IMG/VR virus record: IMGVR_UViG_3300020280_000003
Location: 1 to 59,952 of that record
Length of the DNA: 59,952 bases
Source: a virus
Lineage: Duplodnaviria > Caudoviricetes
Reading direction: 5' to 3' (one strand)
This document shows positions 45,422-55,800 of the stretch, piece by piece. A program made the translations under genes and the position numbers. The stretch's first letter is position 1. Each line of letters opens with the position of its first letter. The notes below the pieces were generated by a model. It was given only the letters and a program-made list of their open reading frames with translations. It was not told the origin of the DNA and made no database searches.

Positions 45422-46906
45422 TTATTCAGGAACGGAAGGGACGTGTGGAAGATCTGGACTAAACAAAGATGTATCATACATGCAAGGAACAATAGTTCCA
45501 TAAGAAGTACTATAAGTTCCTGGTTCAAAGTGATATGCAAGGTAATGATTATCAATACTGAATGAGTCACCATCATTGCGTAGTGCAAATTCTTCATCCA
45601 AATTGATAGTACGAATTCTCATACCAGCGCCACCATCAGTGTTAGCACTATAATGAACACCCATACTACATTTACCGATTGGGAATGGATGTCTACCATG
45701 AGAACTGTCTTGAATATGTGTATGCAAGTACTTACCATCAGAAACTCTGATAACATACATCTGCATTCCACATCCATAATAATAGGAAGCGCAGAAGAAC
45801 CACAAGTATCTACCATCACTAGATACTTGCCATCTTCCACCATACTGGTGTCCTTGCTCAACTCCATAAGAAGTTGTCCAACTCATTCCGTGAGTCCTTG
45901 ATGAACCAGATTCATAGCTTCCATTTGCATTCCAACGCAAGAGTGATGCACCCCATCCTGGGTTCATTGAACAAATAACTACCTTTCCGTTATCGCATAA
46001 GACAGGAATTGGTCTGTAACGCGATTCGTCAGTACTGCTGAGTGAATTATATGGAGAGAAACTACACTGATCATATGTTGTTGCATTAGCAGTGTTATTG
46101 AAGAAGTCATGAACTTCACCAGAAGAATCCGTATTGTACGCACTCATCTGATCAGACCATTGATTGTTTCCTTCAGATGCAATCTTTCTAAAGTCTGGAG
46201 TATTTTCGTAAATAATAGGTTTAAAGAAACCGTCTGATGTAGTGTAGGTAACCAGAAACTTATTCTGTTTCTTGTTATAACAACCACCGCAGTAAGTAGA
46301 ACGATAGCTAGTACCATCCCATGTTCTTGGGATGAATGATCTAGTTTTTCTGAATTGATTATGACGTAAGTGATAGTATTGAGTTGCAGATCTTTGACCA
46401 ATCAAAAATTCTTGATTGCCATCACCTTGATACACATAGAACAATGCATAGTCTTGATGAGTCTCACCTACAATGGGAACACAATCTCTAAAGGCATATG
46501 CTCTATATGAAGATCCATTATCACGACCAGCAGTCAACCACGCACCGACGTTACCACCTCTAGAACTACTAGAACCATGGTTTAGGTGACCTAGGTATCC
46601 AACAGTAAAAAGGTGGGCGTTATACCAACCACCGTTGGAACTGGATGCCTCATTAGACTGAGTACTGCTATAGCTGTTACTAGATTCAAAGAATTCAGAT
46701 GCTGTTGTTGTATGCGACCTGAATGATCCATACGAACTAGATCCAGTTCCATGGTCCGCAGAAATAATCTGCATGTTATGATCATACTGATAATATCCAG
46801 CACCATGTGAGTGGTTACAAGCGTATGTTGTAAAACATGGTTGTGAATATGGGTTAATCGTTTTCTGCTGTGTCGCAACATCAGCAGTAGTTATTCTACG
46901 AGCCAT
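45422..46906 (-). CDS. Putative fibre tip/receptor-binding protein, copy A
   Basis: MARRITT N-terminus; paralog of 43399..44874. Confidence 0.6.
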   Translation of the reverse strand: MARRITTADVATQQKTINPYSQPCFTTYACNHSHGAGYYQYDHNMQIISADHGTGSSSYGSFRSHTTTASEFFESSNSYSSTQSNEASSSNGGWYNAHLFTVGYLGHLNHGSSSSRGGNVGAWLTAGRDNGSSYRAYAFRDCVPIVGETHQDYALFYVYQGDGNQEFLIGQRSATQYYHLRHNQFRKTRSFIPRTWDGTSYRSTYCGGCYNKKQNKFLVTYTTSDGFFKPIIYENTPDFRKIASEGNNQWSDQMSAYNTDSSGEVHDFFNNTANATTYDQCSFSPYNSLSSTDESRYRPIPVLCDNGKVVICSMNPGWGASLLRWNANGSYESGSSRTHGMSWTTSYGVEQGHQYGGRWQVSSDGRYLWFFCASYYYGCGMQMYVIRVSDGKYLHTHIQDSSHGRHPFPIGKCSMGVHYSANTDGGAGMRIRTINLDEEFALRNDGDSFSIDNHYLAYHFEPGTYSTSYGTIVPCMYDTSLFSPDLPHVPSVPE

Positions 46907-46930
46907 TGGTTGAGATTCCTATCTATGTTA

Positions 46931-47245
46931 TCAGTTTCCGTCAATGCCGAACGAGACAGCAGAAACACCTGCTGCATTTGCATATACTTGAATACCATTT
47001 GAGGTATCTAGAACAATACCTGTTCTTTCTAAAACACCGTTTGCAGGAAGGCTAACATCATATTCAATGTTGTCAGCGTCAGCTACAGTAGTGCTTGCTG
47101 CAATAGCAATACGTACTTTAACATTAGCTGCAGTTCTGTTAACTAGGTTAACAGTACAGACTTTAGTTCCAGCTGTAGGTGCGGGGACAAGTGTTGTCCA
47201 AGTAGAGGCGGATAAATCCGCCTTTCCATATACTCCTGATGCCAT
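46931..47245 (-). CDS. Small beta-rich virion/fibre adaptor-like protein
   Basis: TVNLVNRT...IEYDVSLPANGVLERTGIVL; has a TATAAATA late promoter and AGGAG RBS. Confidence 0.65.
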   Translation of the reverse strand: MASGVYGKADLSASTWTTLVPAPTAGTKVCTVNLVNRTAANVKVRIAIAASTTVADADNIEYDVSLPANGVLERTGIVLDTSNGIQVYANAAGVSAVSFGIDGN

Positions 47246-47298
47246 TTCTTAATTCTCCTTGTGGTGATCGGACTTTAGAGTGTTGTGACTATTTATAA

Positions 47299-50200
47299 TC
47301 ACATTGCTGCTATGAAGTACCCAATAGCAGTAACTGATTGAGTAGCATTAGCAATTGCTGTTTTGACTGCCAACTGTGTTGGAATGTTAGAATCTGAAGC
47401 AGATCCACCACCAAGAGTTCCATCGGTGTCAAAAGTCTTACCAAGAACTGCGGAATCAGTCAAGACGGTAGTACCGTCAATCATGAATACCTTACTTGCT
47501 TGTAGATCTAAGTGCTCAGAAACTTTCCAAGCATCATTAGATGCCTGCCAAGCGATTGACTTATCATTGCCAGCTTTTAGTGTGATACCACCGCCGTCAG
47601 CTGTGATATCTGAAGGACCACCAGCACTGAATGAAGCACCAGTTGCACTACCACTGCCTTGGAATACAGCACTTAGAGTAACTGTAGTTCCTGATACAGA
47701 AGCGACTGTATACGAACCAGACATGGTAACTGTACCGCCACCACCAGTTAGTGAGATAGCAACTCCTGGTGCTAAGTTTGTGGTGTCACTGACGTTTGTG
47801 ATGTCAGTATCACCAGCAGCGATATCACCAGTGAAAGTTCCAGAAGCAACAGTACCGAGTTCAATGTTACGATCTTTAGAAGTAACAGTGACAGAAGCAA
47901 CTGTTGTAGTGGATCCTTTAACAGTAAGGTTACCACCGATAAGGAAGTCAGAGTCAACACCGCTTAGGTTGTTGACATAAGTAACGACTGCTGCCTGAGT
48001 AGGAACTTTCTCGTTACTGTTCTGCGCCATCGTGCCGTCAGTTGAGAATTCGTTAATAGAAGCACCCAACTGAGCACCAATAGAACCAAGTCTCAAACTT
48101 GATAGACCAGACAAGTCAAACGCGGAAGCATCTAGAGTTGCTTTACCAGTTGCCTGTTCAACTCTGAAGTACTTACCAACTGCGAAGTTACCATCTTGGT
48201 CCGTGGATACGTAGTAAACACGACCTGGGCGGTCTTCATCAGTCTCGTATGAAGGAATGTTTGGCGATAAAGGTAGACCAGGCCAATTAGTATTTGCCTT
48301 ACTTCCAGTACCAACGTCTAGGAAGTCGTGAGCAGTTAGTCTAACCTGCGAATAACGATAGCGAATCTTAAAGTCTTGACCGTCACCAGCAGCAATTACT
48401 TTTTCGTCGGCGAATAGTAATGTTGTGATACCAGTAGTATCAGCAGTTACTGCAGAGACAAGGAAGAATTCATTGTCAATCTTGACATAATCATTTGCCT
48501 CAAAGTTGAGGTCTGCACGCTTGATACGGAGGAATGTCTGAGCATCGGTTGCATCTTCAATCAGTTCATCCTGAGAAGTAACCTTTGTCTGATAAATTGT
48601 TACCGCATCACCTTGTGCGTGGTTTTGTGCAATCGTTCCGTCTTGTGCTCTAGCAACTTCAATCTGGTCTGCAGCGATAATTGCCACAACCTTAAAGAGT
48701 TCCTGGTTAACAACAACGTAACCGTTTGCAATCATTCCAGTAACACTATCAACACCCATGATGTATGGTGCTTGCTCAGTACCTGTTGAGGTTGAGTTGA
48801 TAGCACCACTCAATGTGGTTGTTACAGCAGTTGCGTTCTCTGGATAATGGGTAATAGATGTAGTACCTTCATGAGCTGCTGCAGTAGATCCTAGAGCACC
48901 TCTATTAACGGTTAGAGAACCTCTGCCATCTGGAGCAGTGTAGCTGGAGTTAGAGATAACGTATGAACCAGCATCGTTATTAACTCCATTGTCCTGCATT
49001 TCAACAGAACCACCCTGGTCAGGACCAGCAGCAAGATCAACAACAGTAAGTACGAAACCTTTCTGTCCAGTAACTGCATCAGTGTTATTAACGAGAGTTA
49101 CATATGCAGATGAAGTTTGTCCAGTGACAGTTTCACCTTGTACAAAGGTTCCCTTAACTGGGAAGTAGTAAAGGTAACCAGAAGGTGACTGATCGCTGAT
49201 CAATTCACCAACTGCACCTGAAGTACCACCGATGATTCTTTCACCAGGAGTAAATCCACCATCTTTAGCAGCACCAGGGTTGAGTTCTAGGCGACCACCC
49301 TTGACCTTACCATCAACGGTAACTTCATTAGCGTCAAATCCTCTAGATATGCAACCATACTTACCGTAGGAAGAGTTACCAGAAACAGCACGAATTCTAC
49401 CACCTCTTGTAGAGGTGTAAGAAATGTGGCAATAATAGGTGAAGGAGGAGACAATCTCAGTTGCAGCACCTCTAGTTACATAGAAACCAATACCACCATC
49501 AAGGATCTGGGTGTAGGAGTCAAACACCATTGATTTGTTTGACTTGGTTGCGGTGTTATCGTACTTCTCATGAGTACCACCATCAAGAACAACACCTACA
49601 GCAGCACCACCGATAGCGGCACAGTTCTGTACATAAGGTGACTTGGTAATTGCAGAGTTTGGATTGAGTCTGAAGTAGACACCTTTGAGGGTTCCATGAT
49701 CAGTGTTCTTATCATCTGGACCATAAGGAACGAATCCAGACATGCCTTCAAATACCATATCCTTAACGGTATTATGTGAAGACAGGAAGAACATAGTGGA
49801 TTCCTGGTTAGGAATGCCAGAAGCAGTTGTGATAGCTCTATATCCATCATCATTAGATCCAGTTTGCATGGATCCTGCAAGGATAGAACTAGCTGCTAAA
49901 TCACATAGAGTTTGTACCGCAGCAGTTTGAGTTGCACAGAATCCTGGATCTTGAGTAATTGTACTATCAATTACTTGAGTTTCATTGTTTCCAGTTGCTG
50001 TGGTTACGGTTTCGTTTTTGACAACTTTAACTGCATCTACTTTTAACAGATCAATAAGTAGTTTATCTTCTGCAGCAACACCAGTAATAGCTGTACCACC
50101 AATTACACCAGAAGCATATGCGTGAACTTTGTCATTACCACCAGATCTAACGTTAGCTCCTAGAGCATCAACAAATAGTTCTAGTCTAGCTCTAACATCT

Positions 50201-51984
50201 GGACCAGCACCACTTGGGTTTGAACCTTGTCCTGCAGCAAATTCATAATATGCTTGGTGAGCAAGGAAAGTTCTGTTAGACTTCAATAACTCATTAGCAT
50301 CTGCAGATGAGTTTGAAATTGTATTTGTCCAAAGATCGGAATTATTCCAAGTACCACCACTTACCTGTAGAATAGTAACTACATTAGATTCCGACTCTAG
50401 AATTCTTGCGGTCTTTGTTCCAGCTTTATTTGAAACAAGATCTCCATACTGGAAGCTATCAGCAGCAGTTGCTAGTGTTAGATTTTGAGTATTGGAGTTA
50501 AAGCCTGCCTTAGGCTTAATCATTGAAGTTCTTAGGTTGTCACCTACAAGAGAGACAAACTCAGGAACTACAATAGGAAGTGTCTCTTCATAGACACCTG
50601 CTTTAATGTAGATTGCAATTGGATTCGTTGCAGAAGGTGCATCCGCACCAGTTAGCATTGCAATATGATCGCAAGCATAACGTAAAGAACCAAATGCTCT
50701 AGAGATTGATCTACCGCTGTTTGAATCAGAACCTTCTTTGGTTACGTAGTAAACAGCATTAGATACATTGTTTGTTTCCCATCTTGGTAGAATTGGAGAA
50801 CCACCAACTGTTAGAACCTGACCACTTGCTTCGCGGAGTTCCGCTGCAGTTGCAGTATTTGGGTTTGCTGGTAGAGCAATTCTGTTAATACCAGATGCAG
50901 ACTGATAGAGAAGGTCACCAGTCTCTTGTAGTACCTGAGCAGCGTCACCACCCTGGGAGACGTAGTTCCAATAAACTGCATTAGTATCAAGTTCTGGAGC
51001 AGTTGCTGCACCAGTAGTATTGGATCTAATACAAATGTAGGAGTTACCGTTTCTGTTAACGACATCACCTAGTTGATAAACGCTAGCATTGTTCCATGCA
51101 GCGTTCCAGTTCAAACCTTCAAGAACTAGATCCCAGAATCTTGTGTTAGTTGGGTAAGGGATATAAGCAATAGTACCGCCAGTAGCACCAGCAGTTTCAG
51201 TGCTTTCAATTGTAAACCCAGTAGTTGTACATGCCTTAACACGGAAAGAAGTGTTATACTGAGCAGCAGATGTACCAGCAAGGGTTACTAGGTCACCAAC
51301 ACCAAATGGTGCGGCAGGTTGAGCAGCACCAAATACAACGGTTACTTCGCTACCGTCGCCGCTGATGCTAGCAATTGCGTATGACTCGGGAGTAGTGGTT
51401 ACTTTACATGAGTAAGTATTACCACCATACTTGACAAGGTTACCTGGCTCATAGACTTCAGAATCAACGAAGTCACCTTGTGGTGAGAAACCAGTTGTAA
51501 GGACCTTCCAATATAGTTCGTCTGTATTTGGTGCTACGTTCGTAGAGTTTTGCTGCGCTACGTAGGTGTAACCACCAAATGTTACAATGTCACCTTTCTG
51601 GTAGACAGTTGCAGAGGACCAAGTATCTTCAAAGTTCAGACCTTCAGAATATACTGCCCACTTAGAGAAGTCAAAACTAGCAGGACCGACGTGCGCTGTG
51701 GTACAACGATATACGGTGTTGCCATACTTGACAAGATCGTTCAGAGCATACCAAACACTAGTAGTTTGATAATCTCCACGATTTCTAAGACCTTCCGTAT
51801 GGAGATCCCAGTACGCTAAGTCGGTAGAATAGAAAGAATTCTCCGAAGCTGCGGAAGTGTGATTGGTGGTACAGACATAAGCGTTTGCACCGTACTTGAC
51901 GATATCGTCAATGACGAAATCAGTGGACGCCGCCCAATCACCGCGCCACTTAAACTTCAGTCTGCCGAGTCTAAAATCTGCCAT
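47299..51984 (-). CDS. Large virion structural/fibre protein (1561 aa)
   Basis: N-terminal WxxxxxYxxxDxVxYGGxxYxC repeats; YYVTKEGSDSNSG...IKAGVYEE...GDNLR beta-helix entry; fibre-like C-terminus. Confidence 0.8.
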   Translation of the reverse strand: MADFRLGRLKFKWRGDWAASTDFVIDDIVKYGANAYVCTTNHTSAASENSFYSTDLAYWDLHTEGLRNRGDYQTTSVWYALNDLVKYGNTVYRCTTAHVGPASFDFSKWAVYSEGLNFEDTWSSATVYQKGDIVTFGGYTYVAQQNSTNVAPNTDELYWKVLTTGFSPQGDFVDSEVYEPGNLVKYGGNTYSCKVTTTPESYAIASISGDGSEVTVVFGAAQPAAPFGVGDLVTLAGTSAAQYNTSFRVKACTTTGFTIESTETAGATGGTIAYIPYPTNTRFWDLVLEGLNWNAAWNNASVYQLGDVVNRNGNSYICIRSNTTGAATAPELDTNAVYWNYVSQGGDAAQVLQETGDLLYQSASGINRIALPANPNTATAAELREASGQVLTVGGSPILPRWETNNVSNAVYYVTKEGSDSNSGRSISRAFGSLRYACDHIAMLTGADAPSATNPIAIYIKAGVYEETLPIVVPEFVSLVGDNLRTSMIKPKAGFNSNTQNLTLATAADSFQYGDLVSNKAGTKTARILESESNVVTILQVSGGTWNNSDLWTNTISNSSADANELLKSNRTFLAHQAYYEFAAGQGSNPSGAGPDVRARLELFVDALGANVRSGGNDKVHAYASGVIGGTAITGVAAEDKLLIDLLKVDAVKVVKNETVTTATGNNETQVIDSTITQDPGFCATQTAAVQTLCDLAASSILAGSMQTGSNDDGYRAITTASGIPNQESTMFFLSSHNTVKDMVFEGMSGFVPYGPDDKNTDHGTLKGVYFRLNPNSAITKSPYVQNCAAIGGAAVGVVLDGGTHEKYDNTATKSNKSMVFDSYTQILDGGIGFYVTRGAATEIVSSFTYYCHISYTSTRGGRIRAVSGNSSYGKYGCISRGFDANEVTVDGKVKGGRLELNPGAAKDGGFTPGERIIGGTSGAVGELISDQSPSGYLYYFPVKGTFVQGETVTGQTSSAYVTLVNNTDAVTGQKGFVLTVVDLAAGPDQGGSVEMQDNGVNNDAGSYVISNSSYTAPDGRGSLTVNRGALGSTAAAHEGTTSITHYPENATAVTTTLSGAINSTSTGTEQAPYIMGVDSVTGMIANGYVVVNQELFKVVAIIAADQIEVARAQDGTIAQNHAQGDAVTIYQTKVTSQDELIEDATDAQTFLRIKRADLNFEANDYVKIDNEFFLVSAVTADTTGITTLLFADEKVIAAGDGQDFKIRYRYSQVRLTAHDFLDVGTGSKANTNWPGLPLSPNIPSYETDEDRPGRVYYVSTDQDGNFAVGKYFRVEQATGKATLDASAFDLSGLSSLRLGSIGAQLGASINEFSTDGTMAQNSNEKVPTQAAVVTYVNNLSGVDSDFLIGGNLTVKGSTTTVASVTVTSKDRNIELGTVASGTFTGDIAAGDTDITNVSDTTNLAPGVAISLTGGGGTVTMSGSYTVASVSGTTVTLSAVFQGSGSATGASFSAGGPSDITADGGGITLKAGNDKSIAWQASNDAWKVSEHLDLQASKVFMIDGTTVLTDSAVLGKTFDTDGTLGGGSASDSNIPTQLAVKTAIANATQSVTAIGYFIAAM

Positions 51985-51994
51985 TTTTTAATCC

Positions 51995-52363
51995 TTACTT
52001 AGGTCCTTGAGTAGTGTGATCATATTCTTTATTTAGTCTTGCGACTAAGTAACCATCATCGTCAATAAAATAGGTCAAACGTCTGAAGTCAAACCTGAAC
52101 TGTTGGTATTTATCATCAGGATCGTTTGAATATTGTCTAGCAACATTAGGTGTTGCAAGAACATATTCTTCGCCCTGAAGAAAATCGGTATATTCTTCGC
52201 CATCAGTTCTATGGAAATCAAAGACATCATCTTCTGTAGATCTCGCTACAGTATAATGAAGCATACCATCTTTATCTCTGCGGAGAGCGTGTACGGTAAA
52301 GTCATTTGAGTTTGCAACAGCTTGTTCTTGTGTTGCGGTACTTGCGCTGAGATATAAACTCAT
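51995..52363 (-). CDS. Hypothetical virion-associated protein
   Basis: HALRRDKDGMLHYT...YQQFRFD...YFIDDDGYLVAR; in the structural operon. Confidence 0.7.
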   Translation of the reverse strand: MSLYLSASTATQEQAVANSNDFTVHALRRDKDGMLHYTVARSTEDDVFDFHRTDGEEYTDFLQGEEYVLATPNVARQYSNDPDDKYQQFRFDFRRLTYFIDDDGYLVARLNKEYDHTTQGPK

Positions 52364-52818
52364 GCTAAGATCCTCCAGTAAGTTCCGTCCCAGATAAACT
52401 GAACATATAAACCAGCTACATCCAATACAAATGTAGAGTCAATGTTTCCGAATTTGTTCAGAAACTTCTGTCCATTAGTAGCTGTTAACGTAACATTATT
52501 TATAGCCCACATTCCTTTGAAGTCAACGACTTCAATCATATCTCCAACGTGAGGAACTACTCCCGCTGATTCAAATGGCATCGTTAGAGATAGCGTACTT
52601 GCTGTAGTATCAATGAGATATCTAAGTCCGCTTATCAAACCTTTGTTTGTATTGACGACTTCCCATCTTGCTCTTTGGAGTTCAAAACCTCCAATGTCAC
52701 TACCATCATGTACAACCGCTGTCTTTTTATCGGTATCTACCGTAATCTCAGCTAACGCACCTGTAAACAGAGCGTGTTCGGAAGTCGTGCCTTTTCTAAA
52801 TTGTACCTGAGTGGTCAT
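52360..52818 (-). CDS. Virion structural protein with a fibre-type N-terminus
   Basis: QVQFRKGTTSEHALFTGALAEITVDTDKKTAVVHDG; C-terminus WDGTYWRI. Confidence 0.75.
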   Translation of the reverse strand: MTTQVQFRKGTTSEHALFTGALAEITVDTDKKTAVVHDGSDIGGFELQRARWEVVNTNKGLISGLRYLIDTTASTLSLTMPFESAGVVPHVGDMIEVVDFKGMWAINNVTLTATNGQKFLNKFGNIDSTFVLDVAGLYVQFIWDGTYWRILA

Positions 52819-52855
52819 TATTAGCGCACAGTTTTTCTAAGAGCTATTTATAGAA

Positions 52856-55800
52856 TTAAATCATCCAGACATATGCACGCTGTGGTTGGAACAACTGGAC
52901 TTGTACAATTGCGAATCCATTAACCTTGATAGAACCGCTTGCAATATAAGGAGCAGGTGCGAACGCTTCATCTCCGCTGAAGAATCCGAACAATGTTCCA
53001 GATCCAGCATAAGCACGGACTCTAGTGATTGCACCAATGCCAGCGACATCAATCTTGACAAATGGTTGTTCTGCGAATGTGAGTAGAGGATCGCCAGAAG
53101 TTCCTTGTAGAGTGAACTTGCCAGGAGTTCCAAATTCTCTTGTCGTAAGTTTCTCGGAAATTCTTTCTCCGTGGAAGGAGAAGAGAAGATTTCTTTCGTC
53201 TGGGTTGACAGTAAGAGATTCCGCTGCACCAGACAGAGTTGGGATAGTACCAAATCCAACGAAGTCTCTTGCTCTTGTGGTGTGTGCATCTCCACTGATA
53301 GAGATTGTTCCCTCTCCAGTGTGTGCAAATCTGACCAGGACACCTGCTTCTCCAGATGCCTTGAATAGTCCACCCTGACTGACTTCTCTTGCAGTTGTAT
53401 TTTCTGTTCCTGCTCCAGTGAACGAGAAGAGCATTTGCTTCTCGTCTGGATTGAACGTAACAGATTCTGCCGCACCAGATAGTTTTCTGAGTGAACCAGA
53501 ACCAACATGTAGTACGGAGATTTTGTTGATAGAATCTCCAGAGACCTTGAACAGAACTTGTTCTGTCTGTGGTACAACTCCAGCAGATTCTGCTGCTCCA
53601 CCAAATCCGAAGAGTGAACCAGTACCAACAATACTGCGATGAGTGGTGAAGAATACCTTGCCACTGATCTTTGTCTGAACAAATGGTTGCTCTGCGAATG
53701 TGAGTAATGGATCTCCAGATGTACCAGAGAATGTAATTGTTCCGCCTTTGCTGATTTCTCTGACGAGAACTCTTTCTGTACCTTCTCCGATAAACGAGAA
53801 GAGCATTTGCTTCTCGTCTGGATTGAAGGTAACGGATTCGGATGCACCAGATAGTTTTCTGAACGATCCAGAACCAATATAATTTGGTACGAATCTTTCA
53901 AATACATCACCAGATACCTTAGCAGATCCAGAACCTGTATATACTGCAGAGAAGATTTCTTCACCATCTCCAGTGATATCAATCTCAACTTGTTTGACCT
54001 CAGCAACACTGAAGGATTCGGATGCTTCTCCAGTGAAGGAGAAGAGCATCTGCCTCTCATCAGGATTAACGGTGATAGATTCAGCAGCACCATTGATAGC
54101 AAAGATATTACCAAATCCAACATTGTTGGGAACGAATCTGATGAATACCTCACCAGAAACTTTCAGGTTAACAAGTACTTCTGGTGATGCAGCGAAGGAT
54201 TCGGATAGACCACCGATTCCGAATAGAGTACCAGAACTAAATTCAACAACAGATGTAGTCTCTGCAATTCTCGTTCCTGTAAACGAGAAGAGCATTTGTC
54301 TCTCTTCTGGATTGAACGTAACAGATTCTGCCGCACCAGATAGTTTTCTGAGTGAACCAGAACCGTTGTGTAGTAGACTGAAGTTTGTCTTCGCTTCGCC
54401 ACTGACTGGGATAGTACCAGAAACAACCCAAGATGGTTGCCAGTCAAAGGTCTCAAAGTCAGATAGCGCACCTCTGCGAATTCTGATTGCTTTCTGAATA
54501 CCGAAGTAATTCTCGGTATGAGTCTCGCTTCCTTCTCCAGTGAAGGAGAAGAGCATTTGTCTCTCTTCTGGGTTGACAGTGAGAGATTCGGATGCACCAG
54601 AGAACTTCCTGAATGTACCAGTACCAACAACACTTGGAACATAATGAGTTTTGGCAACTCCAAATACAGAGATTGTACCGAATGGTTGCTCTGCAAATGT
54701 GAGAATTTCTGGTTCTGTAGTTCCAGAAAGTTTGATCTCTGTTCCTTCTTCTGGTGGATTTGCAATAAATGCTTCTTTGAGTTCTCCAGTAAAGGAGAAG
54801 AGCATCTGTCTCTCTTCTGGATTAACAGTAAGAGATTCGGAAGCACCAGCAAACTTCCTGAGTGTACCAGTACCAACAAATGCTCTGGTTCTATCAGTAT
54901 CTGCAACACCAGAAACTTGAATTGTTCCTGTGGTGACATAGTGGACAAGTACACGCTCAACCAGATTGTTAAGTGTGAATAGACTACCTGTTCCTGTGTA
55001 AGGAACGGTAAAGCTTTCTGTGAGAACACCAGATAGTTTGATATCTGTGGTAATATCTGGTGGGTTGAACGATACCGCTTCTGCTGCACCGTTGATTCCA
55101 AACAGTGAACCGAATCCTGCAAACGCTCTCGTTCTTGGAGTTTCTGCAATACCAGAAACTGGAATTGTACCTTGAGATACCCAGGAAGGTTGCCAGTCGT
55201 AGGTAACAAATCTGCTGAAAGGACCAGGGGATACTTTGAATAGAAGTTGTACTTCGTCTGGTGAGTATCTGACACTTTCGGTAGCACTGGAGAATCCAAA
55301 TAGGGATCCACCACCAAATGTACGTAGAGCAAATGGAGTTTCTGCAACACCTCTGACTGGAATTGGTGGAGAGATATTGTTCCATTGAGGTGGAACAACA
55401 ATGAATGCGTCTCCAACAATCTTGATGACTGTACTCTCTGTGAATAGAGAAGTGTCGCGAGAATACTTCTCAACCAGAGTTCCTCTGAGAGTTCCGATAC
55501 TACCGAAGGGACATACAAGACCAGTGGTATCAAGAATATGTCCGTAATCTGCAAATCCATCTTGTGGATCTGATACATCTTCGTAGTCTGCAAATACTGT
55601 TGGTACAGTTGTAAATGCAGGTAAAGTATATGTTACGCCTGGGTCAACTGATAAGGTTGAACCTTGAGTGACTCGTGTACATCCAGTTGCTGCTGTCGTA
55701 TCTGTACTGATAGTTCCATCAACATCAACACAAACAACAGCTGCATTGGTATCAACAATTCTGCCGTAATCAAGTTCTGGTTGATCAATGCAGAGATCCA

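Noticed and set aside
42838-46906. Diversity-generating retroelement acting on the duplicated tip genes
   Set aside because: No reverse transcriptase, and no near-identical template/variable repeat pair differing only at adenines. The paralogs are diverged throughout.
44879-46918. 9-bp inverted repeat GAATCTCAA/TTGAGATTC flanking tip cassette A, as a possible invertible segment
   Set aside because: It is too short and AT-rich to exclude chance, there is no invertase in the window, and both cassettes are co-oriented, so inversion would not swap tips.
53160-54900. CRISPR-like array suggested by the recurring GAGAAGAGCAT repeats
   Set aside because: The repeats are in-frame coding units with irregular long spacing and synonymous variation, and there are no cas genes.
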